64,000 nucleotides of DNA, taken from NCBI GenBank assembly GCA_946965045.2, contig OX337234.1, positions 3,472,001 through 3,536,000 of the forward strand, written 5' to 3'. Below are positions 21,625 through 33,079 of this stretch, one piece after another. The stretch comes from Epithemia pelagica. Taxonomy: Eukaryota > Protista > Bacillariophyta. Within the stretch, counting starts at the first letter, position 1; each line of letters begins with the position of its first letter. Under the pieces are notes generated by a model. The model searched no databases, was not told where the DNA came from, and saw nothing but the letters and a program-made list of their open reading frames with translations. A program made the translations under genes and the position numbers.

Positions 21625-23373
21625 ATGGCAGCCGTGGCGCTTCGACAAGCATTTCAACGGCTTGGATTCCCGCAGGATACAGCCAACCATATGACAGATG
21701 CAGCAAATGGCGAGGGGATGGAGTTGGAATACCTCCGGGATTATTCAGACAACGATGTTGAAACCTTATGCTCGGCATTAAAGAAACCAGGCGGATTGAT
21801 TGCTGATGCGGCGGGGAACATGATCGTCAACCCTGGATTAACAGTACCACATCGTGCCGAGCGGAATTTGAAGTTGTTGTGTTACCTTTGTCGTCATTAC
21901 AGTCGTACCAGTCGTACCGTTGACTCCGGATCCATCCAATTGGCACTGTTGAATCCCATGGTGGCGTTGAAAGCCGAAGAAGATGACCATGAGGACCCCA
22001 GCACGCCCATGACACTCGCACGCGCAGTACCCGAGACAATCACAGAATTCATGGCCAACTGGCCTGAGCATCTCAGCCAATATCGTGGCCAGACTGGTGT
22101 CCCTCTTTCATATGTCATTCGTACCGAACAAAACCCGAAAGCCGAAGCAGACGACCCGGCATACGGACAACCTAACACCGTTTATCATTCGGCATTGCAA
22201 GAAATGGAAGCACGAGCCCCAATTACGGGCGCTACCTATGATGCAGACACCTCTCGTGTGTGGGTTTTATTGCAAGCGGCAGTTATCGAACACCGCAACG
22301 TCTACAATTGGATTTCCTCACATGCACGGAACCAGAATGGATACGCAGCTTGGACTGCATTCGTTGCGCATTATCGTGGTTCGTCTGCCGTGGAAAATAT
22401 CGTTACTTCATCCAGAGCTAAATGCCTCCAACTCCGATACACGGGAGAGAAACCTCGTTTAACTTTCGAACACTATGTTTCTTTGCACCAAAAGTACCAC
22501 AATGACATTCTCACAGCACGACCGGCAAGCGCATGGGATGATTGGACTCGTGTCCGTCAATTGACCGATGGCATCCATGCAAACCATATGATGGCCGGCA
22601 TTGCAGCGATCAAAGCCAATCCTCATTATCGGACCAATTTCGACGACGCTGTGAACCTCCTTCGAGACTTTGTGATTCAGACTAACCCTACTGCACACAA
22701 TATCAGCAACGTTCAGCATGGCGGACGTGGCGGCGGTGGTCGTGGCCATGGTGGTGGACACGGCGGAGGACGTGGAAATCGTGATGGAAGAGGACGTGGT
22801 GGAGGACAACATGGTCGTGGCGGACGCGGCGGCGGCTTCCATCCCTACCGTGGTGGTGGCAGAGGCGGTCGTGGCGGTCGGCAACGCGCTCGACGGGATG
22901 CACGAGGCATTTTAATTCCCGAGGACCGCTGGTACACACGCGAAGAGTGGGAGGAATTGCGCCAACAGCCCGGAGCCACACAGCATGTCCAAGAAATGCG
23001 TAACCAGCGTTTGAATCGTGATACACAGGCTGTACAAGTCCAGAATCACATCCTGGCATCTATAGTTTCTAATTTGGATGACACTCCTCCAGCGCCACAC
23101 GAGCGAGACCCTAACAACTTTTACTCTTTCCTATCTCCGCGACAGCGAATCAATGCAATGGCCCTAACTCACCGTGACAGCTATAGTGGTGTATTTCGTG
23201 ACATGTTTGAAAACCAGCGACGCGCGCAAAATGTCAATGCTATGGCCCAGAATCCCTTTGTTTTACCGAACCATTTGCGCGAACGTCCTGAAATTGCCAT
23301 GATGCAGCGACAAGGCACTCTCAACCAGCCTCCTTTGCTCATGCCTCCTCCTCCTCCCCGAGGTGGACACTGA
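21625..23373 (+). CDS. gag: Gag of Copia element 2 with RGG-rich C-terminal region
   Basis: 582-aa ORF with GVPLSYVIR, ARNQNGYAAW and YTGEKPRLTFEHY motifs typical of this Gag type. RGG box at ~22720-22890. No CCHC knuckle seen. Confidence 0.85.
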   Translation: MAAVALRQAFQRLGFPQDTANHMTDAANGEGMELEYLRDYSDNDVETLCSALKKPGGLIADAAGNMIVNPGLTVPHRAERNLKLLCYLCRHYSRTSRTVDSGSIQLALLNPMVALKAEEDDHEDPSTPMTLARAVPETITEFMANWPEHLSQYRGQTGVPLSYVIRTEQNPKAEADDPAYGQPNTVYHSALQEMEARAPITGATYDADTSRVWVLLQAAVIEHRNVYNWISSHARNQNGYAAWTAFVAHYRGSSAVENIVTSSRAKCLQLRYTGEKPRLTFEHYVSLHQKYHNDILTARPASAWDDWTRVRQLTDGIHANHMMAGIAAIKANPHYRTNFDDAVNLLRDFVIQTNPTAHNISNVQHGGRGGGGRGHGGGHGGGRGNRDGRGRGGGQHGRGGRGGGFHPYRGGGRGGRGGRQRARRDARGILIPEDRWYTREEWEELRQQPGATQHVQEMRNQRLNRDTQAVQVQNHILASIVSNLDDTPPAPHERDPNNFYSFLSPRQRINAMALTHRDSYSGVFRDMFENQRRAQNVNAMAQNPFVLPNHLRERPEIAMMQRQGTLNQPPLLMPPPPPRGGH

Positions 23374-26300
23374 CATCACGTGGACTCAATCACTCTCACA
23401 TCCGATACCCGTGTGCTTGACAAGAGTTGGCGACCGGACAACATTCCGCGCCATGTGTGCTCGACTAACATTGCGTTTAATGGTGATTCTAGAACAGAAT
23501 TGGACTCGCATGCTGATTCACCATGTGTTGGTCACAACACTTTAGTGGTTTCACGCACTGGTAAGAGCGTCTATGTAAATGTGGCATTGCCTTCAATGGG
23601 AAGCCGGAAAGCACCTATCATAACAGCGGCAGTGACCTATGACGCACCGGATGGGGAACAATACGTGGTGATCATAAACCAAGCGATCTATTTTGAGGAG
23701 CTACAGCACAATCTCATCGGAACAAACATGGTTAGAATGAATGACGTCGATGTCAATGACCGACCGAAAAGCCTAACCACAAACCCATCTGATGAGGACC
23801 ACGCCTTAGTATTCAAACGCGATGGGGTGACGATTCCCTTACTGATCAACGGCGTCATCTCATATTTCCCGACACGGAAAACGACGTGGGACGAGTACAA
23901 TAACTTGCCTCATCTACACTTGACTGCAGAATCCCCAGAATGGGACCCGCATTCCGATCAGTTACAACAAATGGAAGCCTCTATTACAGATGCAAACGGT
24001 AATTTGAGAGACACTGACTTCCGACAACCGCGCAGCGTATATTTGTTGAACCGTCTTATTACTTGTTCTAACCCTTCTGTGGCCGTGAGAGAATCCATGT
24101 CCGCAGCATCGGCTACACTTGCCTCTATCTCTTCCACTCTGCTCCCGGAAAGTTTGATTGCAGCAACGAAAATTTCCCGTGACAAATACCCGGGCATTTC
24201 GCCGGAACGCTTGGCCAAGAATTGGCGTATTGGACTAGAAGCCGCCAAACGGACCGTTCAAGTGACCACCCAACGTGGTGTCCGCACAATTCTGCACCCT
24301 AACGTGGAACGACGATTCAGAACCAGTGACCGTCAACTTCGATACAAGCATCTCAACACGGAATTATTCACTGACACGATGTTCTCAAAGGTCAAATCGA
24401 CACGGCAGAACACTTGTGCACAATTATACGTAAACGATCTCGAATGGCAGCGCTCCTTTCCGATGCGATCCAAAGCCGAGGCACACGAGACATTCGATTT
24501 GCTCTGTCACCGACATGGCGCACCAAAAGCTATTATCTCCGATGGCGCAAAGGAAGTACTCGAGGGCGAATTTCGACGCAAAGCCAGAGCGGCCGGTGTA
24601 CACTTGCGGCAGGTACTCCCATACTCACCATTCATGAACCGAGCGGAAAGCGCAATCCGAGAAAACAAGAAAATGACGGCGCGATTACTCATCAAATACA
24701 AAGCTCCACAGCGACTGTGGGACTATTGTTCTTCCCTTGTTGCCCTAATACAATCTAACACGGCGCACGATCTATATCAATTGGACGGCCAGGTACCAGA
24801 CAGTATCATCAAAGGTGAAACCGCGGATATCTCACGTCTTGCCGAGTTTGAGTGGTTTCAGTGGGTTAAATTCTATGACGATCCGATGCAGTACCCAGAG
24901 CCCAAAGTACAACTGGGCAAATACCTTGGCCCAGCTATGGACGTGCACCCAATTATGTCTTTCTATGTTTTGCGTTCTAACGGCACTGTGGTTGTTCGCA
25001 ACACCTTGCGCTCTCTCACCCACGACGAATGGCACAACGACGCCGAGCGACAGGAGCGATCCACTTTCCTAACAGGCATTCATGAATCTCTTGGACCCGC
25101 GTTTGCTGAATCTGATTTGGACACTGACTCACCACATCTTGTTTCTGCCATCACTCCCGAGTTTGACCCGTACGAGCCAGAGGCGGAACCGCCGGAAGCA
25201 GACGACTTTGACGAGGATGCATATGATGCTTACATTTCTGCCCAAGTGATGCTACCACGGGGTGACCGGATGGAAATGGCAAATGTTCGGAAACGCAAAC
25301 GCGACGATAACGGTAATCCTATTGGACGACACAATGCTAACCCGATTTTGGACACGCGAATGTACGAAGTGGAATTCCCTGACGGCGACGTGGCTGCTTA
25401 CACTGCAAATATCATTGCCGAGAATTTGTATTCCCAGGTGGACGAAGAGGGTAAGCAGTATTTGATGCTGGACTGTATTGTTGACCATAAGTCCGACGGC
25501 ACGGCAACCACGAAAGATGGACAATGGCACACGGTAAATGGACGACGGTGTCTCAAACGGACTACAAAAGGTTGGAAATTGTGCATTCAATGGATCGATG
25601 GTAGTACCTCTTGGGAACCATTACGACGCGTTCGAGAATCTAACCCTGTGCAAGTTGCCGAGTACGCCGTCACTGCTGGTATTGACAAGGAACCTGCTTT
25701 TATCTGGTGGGTAAATTCGACACTGAGACGAAGAGACCGCATTATCAAAAAGATCAACACGAAATACCAACGAACGACGCACAAATTTGGCATTGAACTA
25801 CCTAAGACCGTGGAAGAAGCACTCGCTATCGATAAGAAAACAGGAACGACTCTATGGCGCAACGCGATCCTAAAGGAGATGAAGAATGTCCGCAAAGCTT
25901 TTCGCATTCTTGAAGGCGACGACGAAAGACCACCTCCAGACTACCAGGAAATTGGCGGGCATCTCGTATTTGACATTAAACTTGGATCGTTGATTCGCAA
26001 AGCGCGATACGTGGCTGAAGGACACAGGACAGACCCTCCATCCACACTCACCTATTCCAGCGTTGTTTCTCGTGACACTGTGCGACTTGCCCTGACTATT
26101 GCAGCCCTGAATGACTTGGACGTTCTAACGGCCGACATCCAGAATGCATATCTGAATGCCCCAACATCTGAGAAGTACTATATCGTATGCGGCCTTGAGT
26201 TCGGAGAAGAGAATGTCGGTAAGAAAGCGTTAATCGTTCGTGCACTCTACGGGATGAAATCGTCAGGAGCTTCGTTTTGACATCACTTTGCTTCATGCTT

Positions 26301-27330
26301 GGACCACATGGGATACGCGTCCTGCAAGGCGGATCCCGACGTTTGGCTCAAGAAAGCTGAGAAGGCCGATGGCACACCATATTGGGAATATGTCCTTGTC
26401 TACGTGGATGACGTGATGGCAATTGGCACTGAACCTAACCGACCAGAACTAGATGTGACCCCAGAGTTGGACGCTGAATCGGCTAACTTCTACCAATCCA
26501 TGATTGGGGTCCTACGATGGGCCGTGGAATTGGGACGAATTGATATTGCAACGGAAGTATCCATGCTGTCAGCTCACCTTGCGTTACCTCGTGCCGGTCA
26601 TTTTGATGCGATTCTGAAAGTATTTGGTTACCTAAAGCGGAAGCACAACGCACGACTCGTATTCGACCCGACATACCCAGACATCAATTTCGAGGAGTTT
26701 CGACCCAATCCTGAATGGAAAAAGTACTACGGTAATGTATCAGAGCCTATCCCTCCTAACGCTCCCGAGGAAAGGGGACTACCAGTTGTGGTCCATGGTA
26801 AGGTGGATTCAGACCACGCTGGAGAGAAACTAACACGGCGATCGCGAACATGTTTTATTATCTATGTGAACAGCGCTCCTATTGTTTGGCATTCGAAACG
26901 ACAGACCTCCATTGAAACATCGACATTCGGAAGTGAATTTGTGGCAATGAAGACGATGATCGAAGCACTTCGGGGGTTACGATACAAATTGCGCATGATG
27001 GGTGTTCCGATCGACGGACCGAGCTATGTTCGAGGGGACAATGAGGCTGTGATCAAGAGTACACTTGCTCCAGATTCGACGTTGAAGAAGAAGAACAATG
27101 CTATCGCATATCATTACTGTCGGGAATCGGTGGCAATGGATGAAACACGGACGTGTTACGTGCATACGGATGACAACGAAGCGGATATTTTGACAAAAGT
27201 TCTACCACAAGGTCCAAAACGCACGAAGTTCATTCAGCAGTTACTTTGGGATGTTGAGGATGACCACCGATCAGTACGAGAAGCAGAGAAGCAGAAAGAG
27301 GGCGGCACGGTCCCGGTTGCACCGGAGTAG
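23374..27330 (+). pseudogene. pol: Pol of Copia element 2 (PR-INT-chromo-like-RT-RH) with in-frame TGA at 26278-26280 and an apparent RT deletion near 26436
   Basis: ELDSHAD protease. Integrase FTDT...ISDGAKE...NRAE. RT GHLVFDIK, ALYGMKSSG, YVDD. RNase H VDSDHAG...RGDNEAV...NEADILTK. ORFs 23380-26280 and 26299-27330 share one frame. YVDD is followed after 8 aa by RPELD, far closer than expected in intact relatives. Confidence 0.9.
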
Positions 27331-27459
27331 GGTAATCAGGATCCCTCCATTTGTCCTATTGGTTGGACTGGAAAATGCGTTCTATTTTGATAGATCCTCC
27401 GTGGCCCGAGCGACGAACTACCATTGTCATGTTAAACGGCAATGTACGTTCGAGGGGAC

Positions 27460-27540
27460 TGAACGAAATCTCCCCTACTTTAGTCTAAGTCTGGGGGTGA
27501 CCCCTTATAATTTTATCTTTTATCGCTCTACTTTTGTTCA
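27460..27540 (+). repeat. 3' LTR of Copia element 2 (81 bp)
   Basis: Identical to the 5' LTR and preceded by the PPT. Confidence 0.95.
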
Positions 27541-28742
27541 ACAATGGAACAATGGGAAGAAGGAGGAAACTGCCACACACTACATAGTGTGCCTACGTGT
27601 ACTGCCAACTGCGTGTGTTTTTTGCTTTTTGGAAATCGGTCGCATGTACACCGCAATCCTCAGTGGATGGCTCCCATAGAGATATTCTTCGATACCAATT
27701 AAGTTTTGGATTTTTGCGAGCGGGATTAGGGACTAGCTCAGTCCGTTCTACGAACTCCGAGCACGTACCACCGATCACCGATGCTTCCATCTTCATCTTC
27801 CGTCTTGGGTCTTGGAGCTTCAAAGTTCGAATATTCTCATTTCTCTGATACAGCAGGCAGAAGCAAGAGAGAAGGATCTTGCTGGATGTTTATGTCGCCA
27901 CTTTAAGTGCCGACATTCGATAGCATGTGCCTTGAAGGCTAGACTCAAGACTTCATGCTTAATGTGTCATGTCTCATGTCCCCTATCGAATGATCCAGAA
28001 GATCGTTTCGCTTCTTCGCGACCAGTCTGATACTAGGTAGAGTAGTAGCTGATAGTTCTGCATTCAATAGAAATTAGAAATAGAATTGCAGGCTGCAGCG
28101 TGAAGCGTGAAGTTGCATGCAATGAATGAGAAGGGTGAAGGAAAAATGAGAGGATTCGCATCTTGGTGCCGGAGCCGACCCTGCTTCGTCTACTCTTGGT
28201 CGTACAGTCGTTTGTGAGAACGTCAGACCATCGCAGTCGCATGTAGCACAACCATCCCGAAGAAGTTTCGAAATGAAGATTGATGCGCCCTACTATCCGA
28301 TCAAACGTCATTAATCACCAGTCAATATGACATGCGTCCATTGTGATCGCATTCGTCGATTACTACGTGAAAATGTGCTTCTCTTTCGATTGACGGATGA
28401 CGAAAATATTTTGACACATGACATTTCAAAGTACTTGGTGGGGTGATCTCTTTATCGTTGGAGGGAGGATCTCCCTCAGCAGCAGCACTTTTGTGGGTTG
28501 TGCCATGTGTGATGCGTGCAGCGGCACTTTGAGAGTGCCACTTGCCGTTTGTTGTTTCTTGTTTCTGCTGAGCCTTGTTGTCGATGATAGTCTTTTGGTT
28601 GAATGTCAAGATGCCAGATCCCATTCATGTGTTCATTTCCCTTGTTAGATCAGTCCAGTACATAACGACGAGAGTCCAATCCCCTTTTCTCATTTGTCCA
28701 AACCGTGTTTGAACATTTCTCCGTTTATAGCTGTGTGACCCC

Positions 28743-29269
28743 ATGTTTCCCTTTCATCATCACCATTATTCGGCCGCTTCTACTTCTCCACGGTCTTCCG
28801 TAACAAGAACACCCACAAGGTTCCACTCTTCTCCTTCTTCTCGAAGTGAGGAGGCACAACAAGTGGTTGCTGCTGCTGCAACAGCATCGTCTTCAGCGAT
28901 TGCTCGAGCACTCTGCCGGCAACCACAACAGCAACCATCCAATGTTCATCCAATAGTTCTCTCGTCACCGTCGTCATGGTTGCATCGACATCAACTTCTC
29001 CCCCCGGCAGTCGCCGACTCGACCCTCAAGCAACAGCAACAACAGCAGGTGCCTCGTGGTTCTCTGCCCCCTCCTCATTCTTCCTCCACGGAGCAGCAAG
29101 ACCTGTGGTTGGTTTGGAAGCAGCAACAGCAGTACCAGCACCAAGAGAGTCGGATTAACCTCGAGTCCTATCACAAGCGCTATTGTACAGCCATTGGCCT
29201 CGACTTGTTGTGGCCGGCCCCGAACACTGCTGCTCCTTTTTCCCCACCAGGGAATCGTCCAGCAGCAGC

Positions 29270-29301
<32 letters not shown>

Positions 29302-30935
29302 GGTTGGTCGCTAACAGTCATACACCAGAACAACAAGAACAACCAGCTGTTGTCAGCACTGGAAGAACGACCACAAATACAGTACCAGGCTCTCCGTCCT
29401 CCTCCTCCTCTTCCAAGCGATCCATTGCCTCTGTGGTGGAAGGAGTAACAGAAGCCAAAACTGCAAGGAATGTTCCGAAGGATGATCCACAAGACCCTCT
29501 CTCTCCTCAGCGAAAGCGACTGCGCCACCATGAGGAGAGTCGAAGTAGCAGTAACACCACTGCTCCGGTTCTTCTCGAGCATGAGTCAAAAGAGAACAAG
29601 AAGAATGACACCAAGGACCATGATGACATGTCTCAACTTCCTCACCTTCGTGTGCGGATTCGAGCCTATGTCGATGAACTAATTCGAGGGTCTCAGTCTG
29701 CGATACCTCGACAAGACGCTGCGGCCTACCTTCAAGCCATGGCGGTCGATGCCGACTTGGTTCATACAGGAACGGATCCCTTACAGTTTGTTCGACGCTG
29801 TGACTTTGATTTGTGGACCGCCGCCAAACGTTTGTGTTTGTATTGGACCGAACGATTGGCCCTGTTTGGACCGGACCGAGCCTTTTTGCCTCTCACCCTC
29901 ACTGGGACCGGTGCCTTGACGGAACAAGATTTGTTGACCTTGCATCCCGGCTTTCCAGCCTTGTTGCCGGAATCGGCCCATCACAAACAAAAGACTCTGT
30001 TGTTTGATCGACGCAAATGGATTCCTTCGCAGGATTCCTCGACCGAAAACAAATTGCGATGTCTGTTTTATTGCATCACGGTTTTGGCACAAGATAGTGC
30101 CGCTCAAGTGGATGGTGTCTTGGCTCTGGCCGCTGTCATGACACCGCGGTTTCCGGAATGGAATTTTGATTGGACGCATCGGGCCAGTTGGTTGTGTACT
30201 CATGCCTTTCCGGTCCGGTTCCACGCTCACATTCTCAATGTGGTACCACGACAAAAACATCCCTCCATCGTCCGACAAGCCGTCCAAGTTGTAACGAGTA
30301 TCATTCGGAAATATGCCCTGGATCCGAATTACCCGATTCATGTTCATACAGTCCAACGAGGCGAGAAAAAGGAACAAATGGAGGAGGAAGAAGAACCCAA
30401 TGCCATTGTCAAGACCTTGCTCGACCTGGGATTGACTCGCAAGGAAATTCCCCTCTTGTATGGGGGAGAATGGAGATTTGAAGACTTTTACAAGTGGTGT
30501 CACGAACGCAAAGAGTGGGAAGAGGAATATTACCGAGATCGATTGCTCCCCATTGACGGTAGTGGTAGCTCCACTGCAATCACCACCAATCCGTTGCAGC
30601 AGGCAGGCTTATGGAGGACGACGGTGCCACTCAATGGTCGGTCCCACAGTCCACACGGTGGTGCTCCGAAAGCGACGGATTGCCGATATGATTCATTCAC
30701 GCAAGAAGCGAGAACGCAAACAAAAGGAAGTCCAAAATCTCAAGGTAGAATCGGCCAAGTTAAAGGAGGAACATCAAGCCTTGTTGTCCGAACAAGAGCG
30801 TTTGCAAGGGTTGTTGTTGCAAGCGCAACAAGCCATTCGAGAGCACACGGCTTCCTTGGAGGGAGCAAATGTCGAGTGACCATGTCAGACGAGCGAACAT
30901 CCGCAGCAGCACTTCTTGTACTGGTGAGTTGCTGA
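28743..30935 (+). pseudogene. Sec14-like + bZIP paralog 3 with bZIP out of frame
   Basis: The 730-aa ORF has the complete Sec14-like core. The bZIP (RRIADMIHSRKKRERKQKEVQNL...) is in the +1 frame (ORF 30460-30879), implying a frameshift between ~30545 and ~30670. Confidence 0.75.
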
Positions 30936-31420
30936 AGGAAAAGATCATTTTCCGTGAAGACTGAAGATGAAAGAAGAATTTTTGTGTTTCCAAGAAAGAT
31001 TTTGGACACTTCCAGTAGATTTATTGTGAAACACATATGATTTCACATTTAAAAGAGTAAACAGCGAACTAAGTTTATGGACGATAACTAGGAGGATATG
31101 GAAAAGTATGTAGGTAGTATCTATGGAAAAGCGCTGCGAATTGTTGCATGTTCCCAAAGGGCGACGTTGATCCAAGAAGTAACATGTAAGATATAGAGAG
31201 AGAACGGAAGAGGGGAAACCCCCAAAAGGCAGTCGAACCCTGACATGTTGTCAATGCGTTGAGTGGACAATTCGAACAGTAGCGTGGTGTTCTTTTTACG
31301 GTTGTTGCATACAAATGCGAGTTCGGTGCCTGTCTTTTAAGGGTTGTGGAAAAGTGTTGGGTTTCAAGTGTGCGTTGGTTTTGTGAGCAGGGTGAGAATC
31401 AGGTAATACGGACCGAGTGG

Positions 31421-33079
31421 TTAGGAACAGGACAACCAGCGTCCAGAAAACAAGGTGGACGGACTGAGATCCGACCGAGAGGTTGGACAGTGGTGGAGAG
31501 AACCACCCGAGGACAAGGAGTCACGCTTCTCCAACTGGGGTTCGCCATAGCTCGCCCCGGAAATACGACGATGGTAATTGACTTTTCCCTGAGAAACACT
31601 GGAACAGGCAAACAATTTGATTTCCAATGGCTCGTCCCAATCGTCTTGCTCCTCTTCCAAGTTGTCAAGATCCAACAATTCGGTATCAATGCTACTGTTG
31701 TTGCTGTTGCCACTGCTGCTGCTGTCCAGAGACAAGTCGAGGATGCTGCTGTCGTGACGACCACTCAACAAGGAATAGGAACTGGATTCAATGGAGGGAA
31801 ACAGGGTACGGGGAAGCAAGAGGTCCTTGTGGTTTTCGCTCGTACTGGTCGGGGTCAATTTGTTTTCGTCATTTTCAAAAACCAGATTGGAACGACAGGG
31901 ACTGACACTTCTCATGCGATTCAATTCGTTTTGATTTTCCTGCAATACTTGTTCCAGTACCAGGACGCGATCGGCGACAAAGGACGGTTTGCAAACTCGT
32001 TCGGGGGTGTCACGGATAAGCTTGACGGAACGAGGACTCTTCTTCTTCTTCTTTTTGGTTGTGCTCTTGTCCTTGTCACTGGTTGGCGTGGTCTTGTTAC
32101 GGTCCATGTTACTTTCCTCAGCATCACAAGACTCGGATGGGCACGAACCAGGGGGTGTGACCACAGCGGGAGGGACGAGGTTCAACGGTTTCGGAGATCC
32201 ATTCACAAGAGTCTTTTCCCGAGTCGCATCACCATTGGCTTGCAAAATCTGACTTTGACTAAACTTTTTGGTTTCGAGAGGAGCCTTGGGTTCCTTGGTC
32301 ATCTTTGGTGAGGCATTCGCACTCGTCGTACCTGCCTGTCCCATCAGTTCGACGAGTCGGTGACTATCTAGCATGTCAATGCTTTGTCTATGAGGAGGAG
32401 GAACAGCCACCGTCTCTTGTGTACGCGATGAACTCGTCGAATGCCGGCGCATGGCTTGTTCTTGTTCCTGTTGCTGCTGCTGCTTTTTCTTTTTGTGCTG
32501 ACGCTTGCGACGACGGGGTGGTGGAGGAGTTCTGGCCAACAAGGCCACTTCTTTGGGAGGATGACGCGAATGATACAAGGGACTGGCATGACTGCCGCTT
32601 GCCGAGCTATTGGTCCAGCTCGTAATACTGCTACTACTCGTTGCCGAGGTTAACGAACCCGGTGAAATGGGAGGAGAGGAATAGCCTCCATGAGGCACTT
32701 CATAGTAGAAGGAAGGTTCATCATCTTCGCTTTCGTCATCATCGTCATGGTGGTCATTCTCATTGTCATTCGTATCGCGAGTCATGAACTTGCTCAAAGG
32801 AGAGACTGGTTGGTTTCCTTGACTGCCTTGGTGGTGTTCCTTCTGCTTGTCCTTCTCCGCAACACCTTGTTCCATGGTGCTGTGATCCAAACCTTGGTTG
32901 GGAACCAAACTCCTCGTAGGACTGGAACCTGCTTCGGGGCCATGTTCGACCTTTTCGTCTCGTTCCTTGGATGGAAGGGGCCGAGGCATGTCGTTCAATG
33001 TAGTCGACACGAGGGCAGCCGGTGTACGAGAGGTCAACAAGGAGGAGACAAAGAAAGGATTCATACTATCTCCCAACAT
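31421..33079 (-). CDS. Hypothetical Ser/Pro/acidic low-complexity protein (552 aa)
   Basis: Long ORF with typical disordered eukaryotic composition. No recognisable domain. Confidence 0.55.
   Translation of the reverse strand: MLGDSMNPFFVSSLLTSRTPAALVSTTLNDMPRPLPSKERDEKVEHGPEAGSSPTRSLVPNQGLDHSTMEQGVAEKDKQKEHHQGSQGNQPVSPLSKFMTRDTNDNENDHHDDDDESEDDEPSFYYEVPHGGYSSPPISPGSLTSATSSSSITSWTNSSASGSHASPLYHSRHPPKEVALLARTPPPPRRRKRQHKKKKQQQQQEQEQAMRRHSTSSSRTQETVAVPPPHRQSIDMLDSHRLVELMGQAGTTSANASPKMTKEPKAPLETKKFSQSQILQANGDATREKTLVNGSPKPLNLVPPAVVTPPGSCPSESCDAEESNMDRNKTTPTSDKDKSTTKKKKKKSPRSVKLIRDTPERVCKPSFVADRVLVLEQVLQENQNELNRMRSVSPCRSNLVFENDENKLTPTSTSENHKDLLLPRTLFPSIESSSYSLLSGRHDSSILDLSLDSSSSGNSNNSSIDTELLDLDNLEEEQDDWDEPLEIKLFACSSVSQGKVNYHRRISGASYGEPQLEKRDSLSSGGSLHHCPTSRSDLSPSTLFSGRWLSCS

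Larger units (their letters stand above)
21086..27540 (+). mobile_element. Defective Ty1/Copia LTR retrotransposon 2 (diatom ELDSHAD-protease type), 6455 bp
   Basis: Identical 81-bp TG...CA LTRs (21086-21166, 27460-27540). TSD ACAA (21082-21085 / 27541-27544). PPT GAGGGGAC at 27452-27459. Contains gag and pol. Confidence 0.95.

Noticed and set aside
30559-30606. Short intron explaining the paralog 3 frameshift
   Set aside because: Candidate GT-AG pairs are 35-48 bp, and none has length 3n+1 as needed to reach the bZIP frame.
31346-32311. Long antisense ORFs (also 29781-30503, 39726-40511, 42271-43020, 45098-45943, 62705-63346)
   Set aside because: Shadow ORFs on the opposite strand of better-supported genes, with no motifs.
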